Origin: Strigamia acuminata
Lineage: Eukaryota
NCBI GenBank assembly: GCA_949358305.1
Contig: OX442314.1
Span: 15,438,001 to 15,502,000, forward strand
Direction of reading: 5' to 3'
Length of the DNA stretch: 64,000 nucleotides
The notes beneath the pieces are model-generated. The model searched no databases. It saw only the letters and a program-made list of their open reading frames with translations, and was not told the DNA's origin. Positions 48,901 through 60,800 of this stretch are shown here, piece by piece; within the stretch, counting starts at the first letter, position 1; each line of letters opens with the position of its first letter. A program made the position numbers and the translations under genes.

Positions 48901-51900
48901 TTTGGCTGTCTGCCTGTCATGTGAAATGCTGTTAAAAGCGAAATATTCTGACTCAAATCCGAATTTAAGGGCTGTATTTTTTTTATTCTTGATGCTGTCC
49001 TACTCTTACCGGTATATTATTTATAAAAATCACAAATAAAATGGCAGACAAGACAATAATTTTAATTCTTAATGTGAAAGATTTTTTTCAACGGCGAGAT
49101 AAAATGTCAGCTGAACAATTTTCTCGTAAACAAGAAATTAAAATTTAATTACATTATTAAATCACAAGACAAAACAAGACCAAAACAATAATTTCATCAA
49201 GTGATGTCAAGTTTTATTGACGCCTTCATTCATTAATCATTTAATGTTCAAAATATAAAAACGAATCAAGCACAACTAGACCAAATAATTTTATTTTTTA
49301 TTTTTGTTTAAAGTTTTCCAAGTTCTATAATTAAAATATAATTTTACAATCCACAAACCTTGATTTTTTTTTACATTTTATCCTACGTAAGCCCATTGTT
49401 GTTATATTTTTTATTCATAACGTGCTGAAGAAATACCTAATGTGCAAGTATAATACGATAATGTGAGGATTAAGAGAGAGCAAAGTGTAATAAGGATTTT
49501 CTTGCGCTTTCGTGCACGATAAAGTGAAGGACTGTTGCAGGTGCCACACCATAGTGCAGGTGGTTGGATTACTGATCCTCCTTCCAATTAGCAAATTGCA
49601 AATAAGGCCTACGAGAAAATCCCATGCACGTGCAACCAAACGACACACATTGGTTGCCGAGTTGCCTTCTTTCAACCCAACATTCCCCACAGGGTATGCA
49701 AAACCTTTGCGCATCTTAATGGAGGCTCACTACCATTCTTGTCATAAAAGTAAAACCAACCCTCGGGACAAATTACAACAAAATCTGCTCTCATTCAATC
49801 AATGAGCTGCCGAGACTGCGGGTCACATGACAGTGGAGCATGCGCGTCTAATTGTCGCCGCAAAGCCAACCAATTACTAGAGAACTCGTGAAGAGGGCCG
49901 CAATTGTAGACCCAGTCACCTTTTAGCAAGCAGCCAATTAACGATACTTACCGTAAAAATAAGCTTTACATTAAGTTTCCATCATATCGTAGTAAAATAC
50001 CAAGAGAAAGAGACGGTTGCGATTGTCATCTGACAAAACTAATGAAAAACTAACCCTGGAAACTCACAACATCAGCTGCGATTTCTATGTGAGATTTCGA
50101 TGCTTTCTTCTTCAGAAATGCACTTTTATGTTGTCTTTCTTGATCCACGATGACAGATATAGCCAGCCAAAGAAAAATAGCAGCATCAGTCACCTGGAAT
50201 GACGTGGCACATGCATGCTTGCCCAAATCGAATTTACGATAAAAGCCAGATCCCAAAAACTACCGTTATAATAATGCTTGTGAACTACAATAGAATTTCT
50301 AACACTGCTACTTGTTTATACGTTTACATACCGTATTTATTCGATTCTCTAAGACGCACTTTTTTCCCATATAAACATCTCTGGAAACCGCTGGAAACGG
50401 AGTGCGTCTTACAATCGATGGTAGTTTACTTAAATTATGGTATCGCCAAATATTTTTATACATTTTAATTTATTTTCTAAATATGTCATTAAAAATCTTG
50501 AATTCTCAACTCCAAATTTATCCTACCCTATCACACAACACTGCATATTATAAAAAATAAAAAATAAATAAAAAAGAGAGAGATTGACTGACAAGTTTCA
50601 ATACTTTCCTCGCGTGTCAATGCAAATTTCACAACTAAAGACATCTTTCAATCTTGAAAATGTTTTTACGGTATTTGAAATTCCAATTTATCATCTTTTC
50701 ATGAAAAAATGAAAGCTAATGTAAAGCAATACCAAAAAAATTAAATGTGAATATCAATAAGGAATATGAATACATAAAATAAATTCTCGCAAATTTCAAA
50801 TTATAACCTTGGCATTTCCTTCTTCGTGTTTGTTAAAAAAAATATTTGTTTAAATTTTTTAAGAAATTCAATCCTAAAAGAAGTCAATGAAACGTCGCTG
50901 AGTTTCGCAAAAAGCGCAAAACATGGAATTGCTTTCATGTTAATTGATTTCATATTTTCAGCTTGATACAATCTGGCATGATCGGATAAAATTAGGCTTT
51001 TTGCAGTACTCTCTTTTGCTTTTTATCAATAACGGTAAACACTTTCTTCCTATCTTTAAAACTCTTTATACATTAACTTATTGTAAACAGAAGCCGTATT
51101 TAATTAGAGTCATGACAAGACAGAAAAATAATCGTTCATGCTTTATGCTGAAAAGGGCGCCCCAAATTTCGCTTCACTTGCCAACATGTGTTATCTCACA
51201 CACTTGGGTGGCCAAATACCATGAGAGGTGTTTCCTTTTCCTTCACACACGCCTACTTCACTTCATATCGACTCCACACATAAATTGGCAACCCCTCACC
51301 AATTTGGCAAATCAACATTTTGCCAAGTAATTTAATGTGGAGTGAGAAAAAACAACAAAACTTTTAATTGCTTGTTAGTTGCTATCCACAAATTACTTTT
51401 AATTTCAAAAGAATGAGCCTCAAATTAAATTCTTGGCTTCATCGTTTCGAATAAACTTGGTAAATATATTACAATTGGCTGAATGAGTCAATTGAAACAT
51501 GATGTTAAAGTTTTATTGTCAATTTTTTCTCAAATTGCAAGTAAGAAGGAATTTTTTTTTTCATTTCTTTTATAGTTATAGTCACGACATACGGCCCCTT
51601 CCATTCCTTTTTATGTTCACTCCTACAGTCCTACTCATGTTTCACATTCTAGAAATGAAAAAATAAAGATTGGAATTTTTAATTTGTATGTAGCCAAATG
51701 TAGCCCAGTAAAAAACATGGACAGACCATTTTTAAACAATTTTTCTTTGTTCTAACTGCCAAATAACTATGTAAAATCCCCCTTTAAAATTGATACGATC
51801 AAGTCAAAAAATGTAAAACTGTGAAGAAAGAAACAACTAGGAATAAGCCCGGCAAAGCACAAAGTTCCAACCAAAGACGACGTAATCAGCAAGATTAGAG

Positions 51901-53290
51901 AACATGACGAAAGTGATTCCCAGTTCAACTGTAAAGCAAGAATAAGTCCTTAGATTAAGGAAAAAACTCCATTGGATCGTGATTTCAATTCCTAGTTTTA
52001 TCTGAAATATATTACCAGAAAACAATTTATATTCGCAAAACATTTTATTTGAGAGAAAGGAAACAAAATAATCTGCTTGTAAATCGATATCCTTAATGTT
52101 TGTTTACAAACATCATGCAATTGTACCGTATGAACTACTATTGTATTTATTGTAGTTCTATTTTGGTTGAATGTTTTATCAAAATCCAAACATTAAATTA
52201 CTCATTCCTATGACGGCAGGCCTAGGCCATGTAGTACAGGCTATACATACACAGCGCCTAAATTCGAATGTTTTGAAATAACAAAATAGTATTTTGAATT
52301 TGAAACATTAGACATCAAAGCTTTATGAATCAAAAAGGTCTCTAGGAGGATCGTCTAGATGTCTAGATGTCGTGAAGTGCACAATAGAGAATAATTTTTG
52401 TTATAAAGTTACAGAGAAATTAGTCCTTTGTTCGCAATGATTCATGAACTGGCTCGCCTGGTAATCTTCCTCATGCATAACCAGTTTGGTTTTTCAGATT
52501 CTTTGGAAACAGAAAAAAATGTCAGATCTGGACTTGTATAATAATAATAAAAATTATTTTCTCCTTTCCCTGAAATGTGTCAATTGTTGTCACATATTTT
52601 TGTTTTTACTAGCGCGCAACCATGAGCGAGTTCGGCCAGATAAGTGCAAAATGGCGCCACTGTTTTAATCATGTGACCATTGTCCATTGGTCCATTTACT
52701 GAACAATGTCGTATCTAGATGATCTTTTTCTGCACTAACCTCAAGACAAGTTAGTAAGCGTCGAAAGTCGTGACCGCATGGTGGACTGGAGATTTGGTCT
52801 ATCCGCAGCTTTTTCTAGGGTGGTGACCCCTGGTTTAGAACTTTGAAACTATTCAATTTATCTGCATTTGGTGGCACTGCATATATATTTTTATCTTTAG
52901 TTTAGTTTATTGCCTTCTTGGTTTTCTTATAATGGATAATTCGATTATTGTTTGATTTCGGCATAAAAATAAAGAAATGAATTATTTTGGCGTTTGAATA
53001 ATTTTAAATCGGGATTGAAGTGCTTACGCACCGGCTAAATGGACGTAAGTTCTAATGTGGACACTGCTTAGGAAAAGTTGATTCTTTAACTTTGCGCAGA
53101 GGCAATCAAGGTAAGTAGAATAATAGAAGGTAAGACCAATAGGGGGTGCGCGTCGAAAAACCAGTTTCGCCATTATGCGCGCATGATGTCATATTGTGGC
53201 CCAAGAAAGGCGCGAACAGAACAAGGCTACGTAGCGGCAAAACAATTGGTGCACTAGTGTAAGTTTTGAGTGTTTTAATTAATAATGAAT

Positions 53291-53551
53291 GTATTTATAA
53301 CAACTAATAGTCTGATTAATTATAATCAGATATCTTGGGATCATTTGATGCAGTAGATTAGAAGTTTTGAGGAACATTAATCACATTTGGTAAGTAAACA
53401 AAAAATGTAAACAAAAAATGACCAAATAAATTTGAAGTTTGTACTTATAACAACTAATAGTCTGATTAATTCTTATCAGAAATCCTGGGATCATTTGATG
53501 TATTAATTTCGAAGTTTTGAGTAACATCAATCACATTTGGTAAGTAAACAA
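53291..53551 (+). repeat. Two diverged ~110-bp direct repeats, 150-bp period
   Basis: 53291-53400 and 53441-53550 share TTATAACAACTAATAGTCTGATTAATT...GGGATCATTTGATG...GAAGTTTTGAG...AATCACATTTGGTAAGTAAACA. Confidence 0.9.
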
Positions 53552-53835
53552 AGCAACTTATGAACAAAAAATAAAAACTTTTATGATAAGAATCTCTAAA
53601 AATTGGAATTTTATCGCAAAAATCAGTAAAAAATTGGTTGAAAATTGGTAAGAATGTTGAAAATTGGTTTTGTTAAAAATATGCACTCAAATTTCAAAAA
53701 ATTAAATTAAATTAAATTTGAAGTATCATTTGCCCGTAAGTTAATTAGTGTGTAAATCATTTATTCCTAATTTTTAATAATTTATTTTATTTCACAGTAT
53801 TCCATGGAAAATGCGTCAATCACTGCTACAACGTA

Positions 53836-54295
53836 ATGGCAACTTTACGTGACCAACTAGAAGGGAAATATCCAAATATACACAAGCAAGCCATCAAAAT
53901 ATACGTCAGAACCCGAACTTTCATTCGAATTCGCCACATAAACACCACTCTTCAAAAAATGCAACGTGAAAAGAGAGCCGAAAGAAAAAGAAAACAGTTT
54001 GCAAATTCCCAAGTTAACAGCAGTCAACCAATACAACATCAGATGATAGAAGTCACAAACACTGAACCAACAGCAGCAATCCAAGGAGATATGTCACTTC
54101 AAACTCTTCAAAGTCTTAAAGTAATCACACATTGTAATTAGCATTGATTGTAATATGTTTATCAATATATTTTTTCTCTTCTTATAGGTTATGGAACTAA
54201 AACGGGAGTTGAAAGCTCGCCACCTACCTACATCTGGTAAAAAAGCTGAATTACAGCAAAGACTGACATCAGCTGTATTAAGTGGAAATATTTAA
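53836..54295 (+). CDS. Small spliced ORF (~130 aa): P-element/THAP9-transposase-like C-terminal helix fused to a SAP DNA-binding domain
   Basis: Exon 53836-54120 (frame open from the acceptor at 53798: FHGKCVNHCYNVMATL...AIKIYVRTRTFIRIRHIN...RKRKQF), phase-0 GT-AG intron 54121-54187, exon 54188-54295. The junction yields LQSLKVMELKRELKARHLPTSGKKAELQQRL, a textbook SAP motif. Confidence 0.7.
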
Positions 54296-54782
54296 TTTTC
54301 TTGAAATTAAAAACATGCATTTATTATAATATATTTATTATTATTTCTTTACTTATTTAATTATTAAATATTATTTCTAATTCTAACTATTAATTTTGCG
54401 GTGATCTCGCTTCGCAGCTTCGTCTCGGATTTTGCGCCATTCCTTCAATCGTTTCGAATCGGGAAATGAAATAAAATGTCGGAAATGAGTATTTGAAAAA
54501 AAAAATGATTTGTAATCGATGTACCTGGATACAAGTAGCTAATTCTAAACTGAGATATATATCTATTATTTATGGTTTTATCTACATGAATTTTGGGCCG
54601 CTAAGCTGTCATTACTTCTGACCCAAATTCTCAACATATTAGTTTTTTTTCTTCTTATTAAATAGATAAATAAATAAATAAATAAACAAATAAATATATG
54701 TACCGTAAATGCTCCAACAGAACACCCAGCAATAGAAAACAGATTTCCTTCGCAATTTACATATTGAATTCAATCGGTACGG

Positions 54783-54976
54783 TCAATTTAAAAATTAATT
54801 TTAGTGTTCTTGATCAATTTAGACATTTATTTTAGTGTTCTTTATCAATTTACACATTTCTTTTACTGTTCTTGATCAATTTACACATTTATTTTACTGT
54901 TCTTGATCAATTTAGATATTTATTTTAGACGTTCTGATCAATTTACACATTGAATTTAGTCGTTTCAGTCAATTTA
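54783..54976 (+). repeat. 31-bp minisatellite, ~6 copies
   Basis: TCAATTT recurs at 54783, 54814, 54845, 54876, 54907, 54938 and 54969; unit ~TCAATTTACACATTTATTTTAGTGTTCTTGA. Confidence 0.92.
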
Positions 54977-57750
54977 GGCCCGCATTGTAAAGGATACCGC
55001 GTTCAATTAGCTTCCCGTGCTCAATGAGAGCCTTTGCGGTATTAAAAATATAAATCTCTTTCCTTCAGTTTGCAAATTGAGGATAAAACTTACATTGGAC
55101 GGCGTAACTCGCCTTGGTTATTGAAAAAAAGCAATAAAAAATCAATAAAACAAAAAAAAAATCATTAAAACATCAAAAAAGTCCAAAAAACATCAATAAA
55201 TGTCAATTAAACATCAAAAAACTCAATAAAACTAAATTCGAATGTTTTTTGTGTTGCTGTTGTATGCTGTTGTATGGCGTGCACGGTCTGGCGGGCCACA
55301 ATATGACGTTTTAGCCAACTCGCTCTGTGATTGGCTAATTGCGAATTGATATACCCCTGGAGGCAATACCATAACCAATGAAGTTCTACTGAGGTGTGGT
55401 TATTGCTAGTTGAAAACTTTACCCAATACTCCGCCAATAAGGCCTCACGGTCGGATTAGGCAATTTTTGGAGACCTCCAAGGAGGTCAAAAATAATAAAT
55501 ATAAAATCAGATTATATCTCAAATTTGCTGTAATTGAAGTATTTTTTGCGGCATTAGTGAGTGTTTTAGCAGATTTCGGCGATTTCCGTGCTACTTTTTG
55601 TCTCCGAAAATGAACATTCCTGAAGTGCGACAATACAGGCAAAAATGTGTACGGAAGCTTCGGCTTATCTGACTGTCTTATCTGACTGTCCAATTGGACA
55701 GTCAGATAAGTCAAATATTGATCCATGGCGTACCATTGTAAAAAGAATTCATTTGGAGTGGCCCTACAAATGATACAATACAACTGAGTCCAGAAATGGG
55801 TTTAGGAAGGAAAAGCATGTGCTAGGTTTAAATGGCCGATTCAGGGTGCGAGAGTCTGCTGTTACGGATTTTAATTGAAAGGAATAATTAACAAAATAGT
55901 GTTGTAAGCCGAAGCTTCCGTACAATATTTTTGCCTGTATTGGTGTATTGTCGCACTTCAGGAATGTTCATTTTCGGAGACAAAAAGTAGCACGGAAATC
56001 GCCGAAATCTGCTAAAACACTCACTAATGCCGCTAAAAAATACTTCAATTACAGCAAATTTGAGATATAATCTGATTTTATATTCATTACTTTTTGACCT
56101 CCTTAGAGGTCTCCAAAAATTGCCTAATCCGACCGTGAGGCCTTATTGGCGGAGTATTGGGTAAAGTTTTCAACTAGCAATAACCACACCTCAGTAGAAC
56201 TTCATTGGTTATGGTATTGCCTCTGCGCAAAGTTAAAGAATCAACTTTTCCTAAGCAGTGTCCACATTAGAACTTACGTCCACTTAGCCGGTGCGTAAGC
56301 ACTTCAATCCCGATTTAAAATTATTCAAACGCCAAAATAATTCATTTCTTTATTTTTATGCCTAAATCAAACAATAATCGAATTATCCATTATAAGAAAA
56401 CCAAGAAAGAAATAAACTAAACTAAAGATAAAAATATATATGTAGTGCCAGCAAATGCAGATAAATTGAATAGTTTCAAAGTTCTAAACCAGGGGTCACC
56501 ACCCTAGAAAAAGCTGCGGATAGACCAAATCCCCAGTCCACCATGCGGTCACGATTTTCGACGCTTACTAACAAAAGTAACGCGTGTTTTTTGGTTTTGT
56601 TTGGTTTTTGCACTTTTTTCCGATAATTATGCGATGCGGTCGTTATGGACACGTTTTTGCTAAGTTTTTGGTTTTGCCGACATTTAACCAACGAGTCTCG
56701 TTACACACGTTTTTGCCGACTCAAAATCACGCTTTGCTGTCAGTACAGTCACCATTTTACACGAATGTAGTCATGTTTTGTTAACAAGTCGGTTCTCGGA
56801 CCTTCTACGCAGCTAATTTCTTACGATTTATTACCTCCACAAAGACGACGGGAGTCTCTTTTCCCCAGGAATGAAACGGATTAGTAACCAAGACCTATCC
56901 TATGTAACCGGAAAGCTTAACGCTAAAACACTTGCTTTTTATTCTGCTCTGCTTCACTACAGAAATTGCAACTTAAAATCATGATGTTTAGGTGCCCTAG
57001 GCCAAATTCAAAGATCTGGCACTTCTTCAACAATCTCCCTTGACTGATTAACTTATCACCTCTATCGTATTGGCAAAGCACATAGCTCCGTAATCACCAT
57101 CGATCAGCGATGGCCCAATTTAATATAGTCAATGGGGTGAAGATCTGAGAACTTACACTCTTATTCACAAAGCCACGAGTTAAACCCTTGCAGCGTAACC
57201 AGGATTAACAACCATTCCATAATTTGGCATACGGATCCCATTTTAGTGCATCTCAGATGAATACACTCTGCAGGCTGATTAATCGGCATCTGACAGCAGT
57301 TTCAGTAATTAGGTTTAGTGGGCAGATTGGTGGATTTGAAACTATTATCTGTTAATATCGTTTTTAAAGATGACCTCTTCAGGGTTTTCGGTTTTCACGA
57401 CGTTGACCAATTATCTGCAGCATTACGTCCAGGTTTTGTTGCATATTTGATAGGAGAAGAGATTACCGTAGTTGTCTTTCGGCTGGGCACATCCACCTCA
57501 ATTTGCCAGGTTGAATTATAAACACATTAACAGAGCAGGGTTAAACACATCTGTCTTCTCTGCATATTTCACTGGGCAGCATTTACTAATTTTGCAGCCA
57601 AGAGGTGTTTTCATTTCCCACATTTAAAAAGCAGCACGGGCTATCACGGGAGTGTTTCGTAATCGCAAAGGAATTGGACAATTCTGAATACAGTAAGTTT
57701 TACCGGTAGGAATTAATAATATAATATAATACACTCACTGGTCTTAATTA

Positions 57751-57808
57751 GACTGGGGATTTGGTCTAACCATGGTGACCCCCTCTGGTTTATTTCTTTG
57801 AAAGTACT
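57751..57808 (+). repeat. Degenerate fragment related to the terminus of the 52750-56572 foldback element
   Basis: GACTGGGGATTTGGTCTA..TGGTGACCCC..TGGTTTA..CTTTGAAA resembles 52784-52850. Confidence 0.55.
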
Positions 57809-60800
57809 GATCTTAGTTATAAAAATTAGATAAACCATAAGTTAGCAACATTTTGCTATTTGTATTTTGCATTTGCAAATTTACATTTGGTCAATGTAAA
57901 TATAATTTTGCTTCGGACACTAGCAACATTTGGAATTTTATATTAAAAAAATTATTTACGTAATCATTTTAATAATCAATTTTAGTTTTGGACGCATCTT
58001 GCATCTACTGCTTTTGTATGTATCTATTCAATTGAAGCATAAATTGACATTTAAATTCATCAATTTGACACAAAATTACAGATTATCTCTCCTCAATCTC
58101 GCTTCATTACGTAATTTTATTTAATACCACTACGAGTAGTTATAGTTGCATTCAATCTTGACTTAGATTGCTTTTATGACAAGTTTCGAAACACGATTAA
58201 GACGAGTTCATTTGATGACTTATCCTAATCGTCACTCAAAAAGTGTCAAAACAGAAATCCCTTTGGCATTAAAATTTGAATGTAGCTATTATTTCGCTCG
58301 CTATTTTTAAACAATTTTTATACTACCTATCTAATTACTTGGTCGTATGTTGTCGAGCCCAACCCTAAAAGCAAAGGCAGTAGAAAAATGGTACCGAATG
58401 GCTAATCCATGCCAACTATGTTTTTTTGCACTAGCAACTTTATTGTCAAACATTAATCTAACACACATCAAACTAGTTTTTTAAAGTCTTAAATTATTAA
58501 CCCTACACAGCAAATAATCTCATTACTTTTAATTTCACCATTGACCATTGGTACACGGTCAATAAACTAAGTTCCCCGAACGAGAAAGATCCATAATTTA
58601 TGACGCATTAGCGTGCTCGCACTCGTAAATTTATCCAACGTCTGCTCATCGTAGCTCACTCGCGCCATCTTTAATTTAGGAAAAACAGAGTAGACCATTC
58701 TTAACTTGACACCCATTAATTACCCATTCCTCCATCATCCCTACGACGTACACTCAAAAAATACTTGGTATCTATCTCTCAACCCCTATACATTCGTGTT
58801 GTAAATTCGCTTTATTGCTCAATTCCATCATCAATTCCACAATTATGAAACATAAAAGTGCGATAGTAAACTCGTTTACATCTTGGCTCACATGATCTCA
58901 ACTTTCCTTTTCACTCGTCATTCTCCACAAAGCTCTCTATCTCTTTCCCTTCTCAACCACGGCTGCAGTACGGAAGTGTAATTTCCTGAAGCCTGTTAGG
59001 CACTTGCTATTTCTCAGGCCCCCATTCTCTTTTTATTGTTTTTCGCACGATTCGCCCATTACCATGCAGTCTACCAGGCCAGAAAACCACCAACGAAAAC
59101 ATCATATCACCATGCACACATAGCACCATCGAGACACACCCGCTTCAGACCCATCCAGCCAAGGATAAGGGTGGAGACCATGACTAAGAGAAAGACCACT
59201 CGGCCTGGGATTGGCTCATTTTCGCAGGTACCGTATGCAAAAATAAAAAACATACTGTACATAAAAATAAAAAAATAAAAATAAAAACCAAAAACACAGA
59301 GAGAAAAACTAGTACACTTGTTGCAACCTGGAACATTACACCTGAGTCTTTCTGCATCACAAACACGAGCTCGAGTTGTGTGAAAGTGCACATATTGAAG
59401 TGTTGGCGACGGGTGTTGAAAACCTCTCGCAAAAACAAATGACACATACATAAGAAGGGCTAGAGAAAATGGAGTTTATGTTTTCGCAACGCTAAACACA
59501 CTTTCCCCCTTCCACGAAACGTGTTCACACTTTGCCTTCCATGATTCACTTTGCTTTTTATTTTCTCTACAAAATATTAAAATGAGCTCGTATGTATTCA
59601 GACAATATTTTTTGACAAATCCATTTTTCATCTTGACCAACAAACACACACAAATTTCATTTAGACATACATTTAAATCCAAACACGTTCTCCCTCTAAA
59701 CCCCGGCTTAATCCCTAGGATTAACAACAAACATAGGTGCACTATGTTTTATTAAGCAGCCATAACTCACAGAGAACATTCTATTAATGTAAACCTGCTC
59801 ATAACCTTTTATATTAGCGCCCATTCGACGCAACTTTTACCATTTTAAAACCTCTCACTTTAGCGAGAAACCCTCAAAAGCCCTCTTTCTTTAGATTCCT
59901 TTTCGAAATTACATCATATAGTTCTACGCATGAATATCATAACGCGCGGCGCATTTAATAGAACAAAGCATCGGAGTAAAAGAAGTACGCTATACGGGAA
60001 CCTCCCTTTTTAATTTCCTCGCCGTACAATCACCCACAAATATACACTAACAATCTATACAAGCCAGCCAATCTCACTGTTTATACAAGACTCAGCATAA
60101 CTAAGCCCTCGTGCTATATACAAATTTCATAAAGCGACAATGAAAAATGTATGTGCCTTTGTTCGCTGCCTCGTAAGAGAAAACATAAAATTTGCATCAA
60201 GATCTGGCCTATTAAAGAGGAGAAGGGAGAAGAGAAGAAATTCCTTGCAACCATCAACTTCTCTTGTCTGTTTATGTTTATAGCTATATAAATTTAATAT
60301 TCAAAGAAACGCCGAGCTAAAAAATTTAATTTTCTCTCTGCATATCACCTATGTAGCCTACTAAGCTACTTGTAATAAATCGCTACCTGTCATTCTCACA
60401 ACAATTCTTGTCAATTTACACAACTCACAAATGTATTGAAAAGGGCAATCTTTAAAGTATCTTAGCAATAGTTCAATGAACCACAATGCAAAATAAAAGT
60501 AATGTAACCGAAAAATAAAGAAGCTTTAGTCCTTCAAATAAAAAAAATAAAAAATAAAAAGATTGAAATGAACAAAAAAAGAATAAAAAATTGGCAATGA
60601 AGACAGACGACTGAACTTGGCAAGCGTTTGATGTTCAAGTGCCTCGTCCGTTGCATAGAATGGTCCACAAGAAATAGAGGAAAAGTCGAGATACATTTCT
60701 TTCCATTGAGCATCAACGCTTTGATAGGTATTGAATGTGCAGCACACTGGAAAATAAGTGCCGACCAACTAGGGCATGAGTTGCCTAGCAACCGATGACA

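Larger units (their letters stand above)
53107..55359 (+). mobile_element. Non-autonomous P-superfamily-like DNA transposon (2253 bp) with 8-bp TSD
   Basis: Exact 8-bp duplication GAGGCAAT (53099-53106 and 55360-55367), present once in the uninterrupted opposite arm. Termini CAAGG.../...CCCTG (both CANRG). 15-bp subterminal inverted repeat GTCATATTGTGGCCC at 53188-53202 and 55293-55307. Internal ORF resembles a P-transposase C-terminus. Confidence 0.8.
52750..56572. mobile_element. Foldback/MITE-like element (~660-bp inverted arms) interrupted by a nested insertion
   Basis: 52750-53106 is the reverse complement of 56216-56572, and 55360-55667 is the reverse complement of ~55904-56223. Removing 53107-55367 restores one continuous left arm; spacer ~55668-55903. 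Ends are TA|GTAAGCGTCG...CGACGCTTAC|TA (possible TA TSD). Confidence 0.88.

Noticed and set aside
49010..49090. Hydrophobic stretch RIKIIVLSAILFVIFINNIP plus GTAAGA donor as the Dscam signal exon
   Set aside because: No in-frame ATG after an upstream stop, and the donor is phase 0 whereas the Ig1 exon needs phase 1.
51835..52750. Possible Helitron-like or other repeat beginning ACTAGGAATAAGCCCGGC
   Set aside because: I could not define a matching 3' hairpin/CTAG end or TSD from this window alone.
54783..54976. CRISPR-like array
   Set aside because: Contiguous 31-bp tandem units without unique spacers, no cas genes, eukaryotic context.
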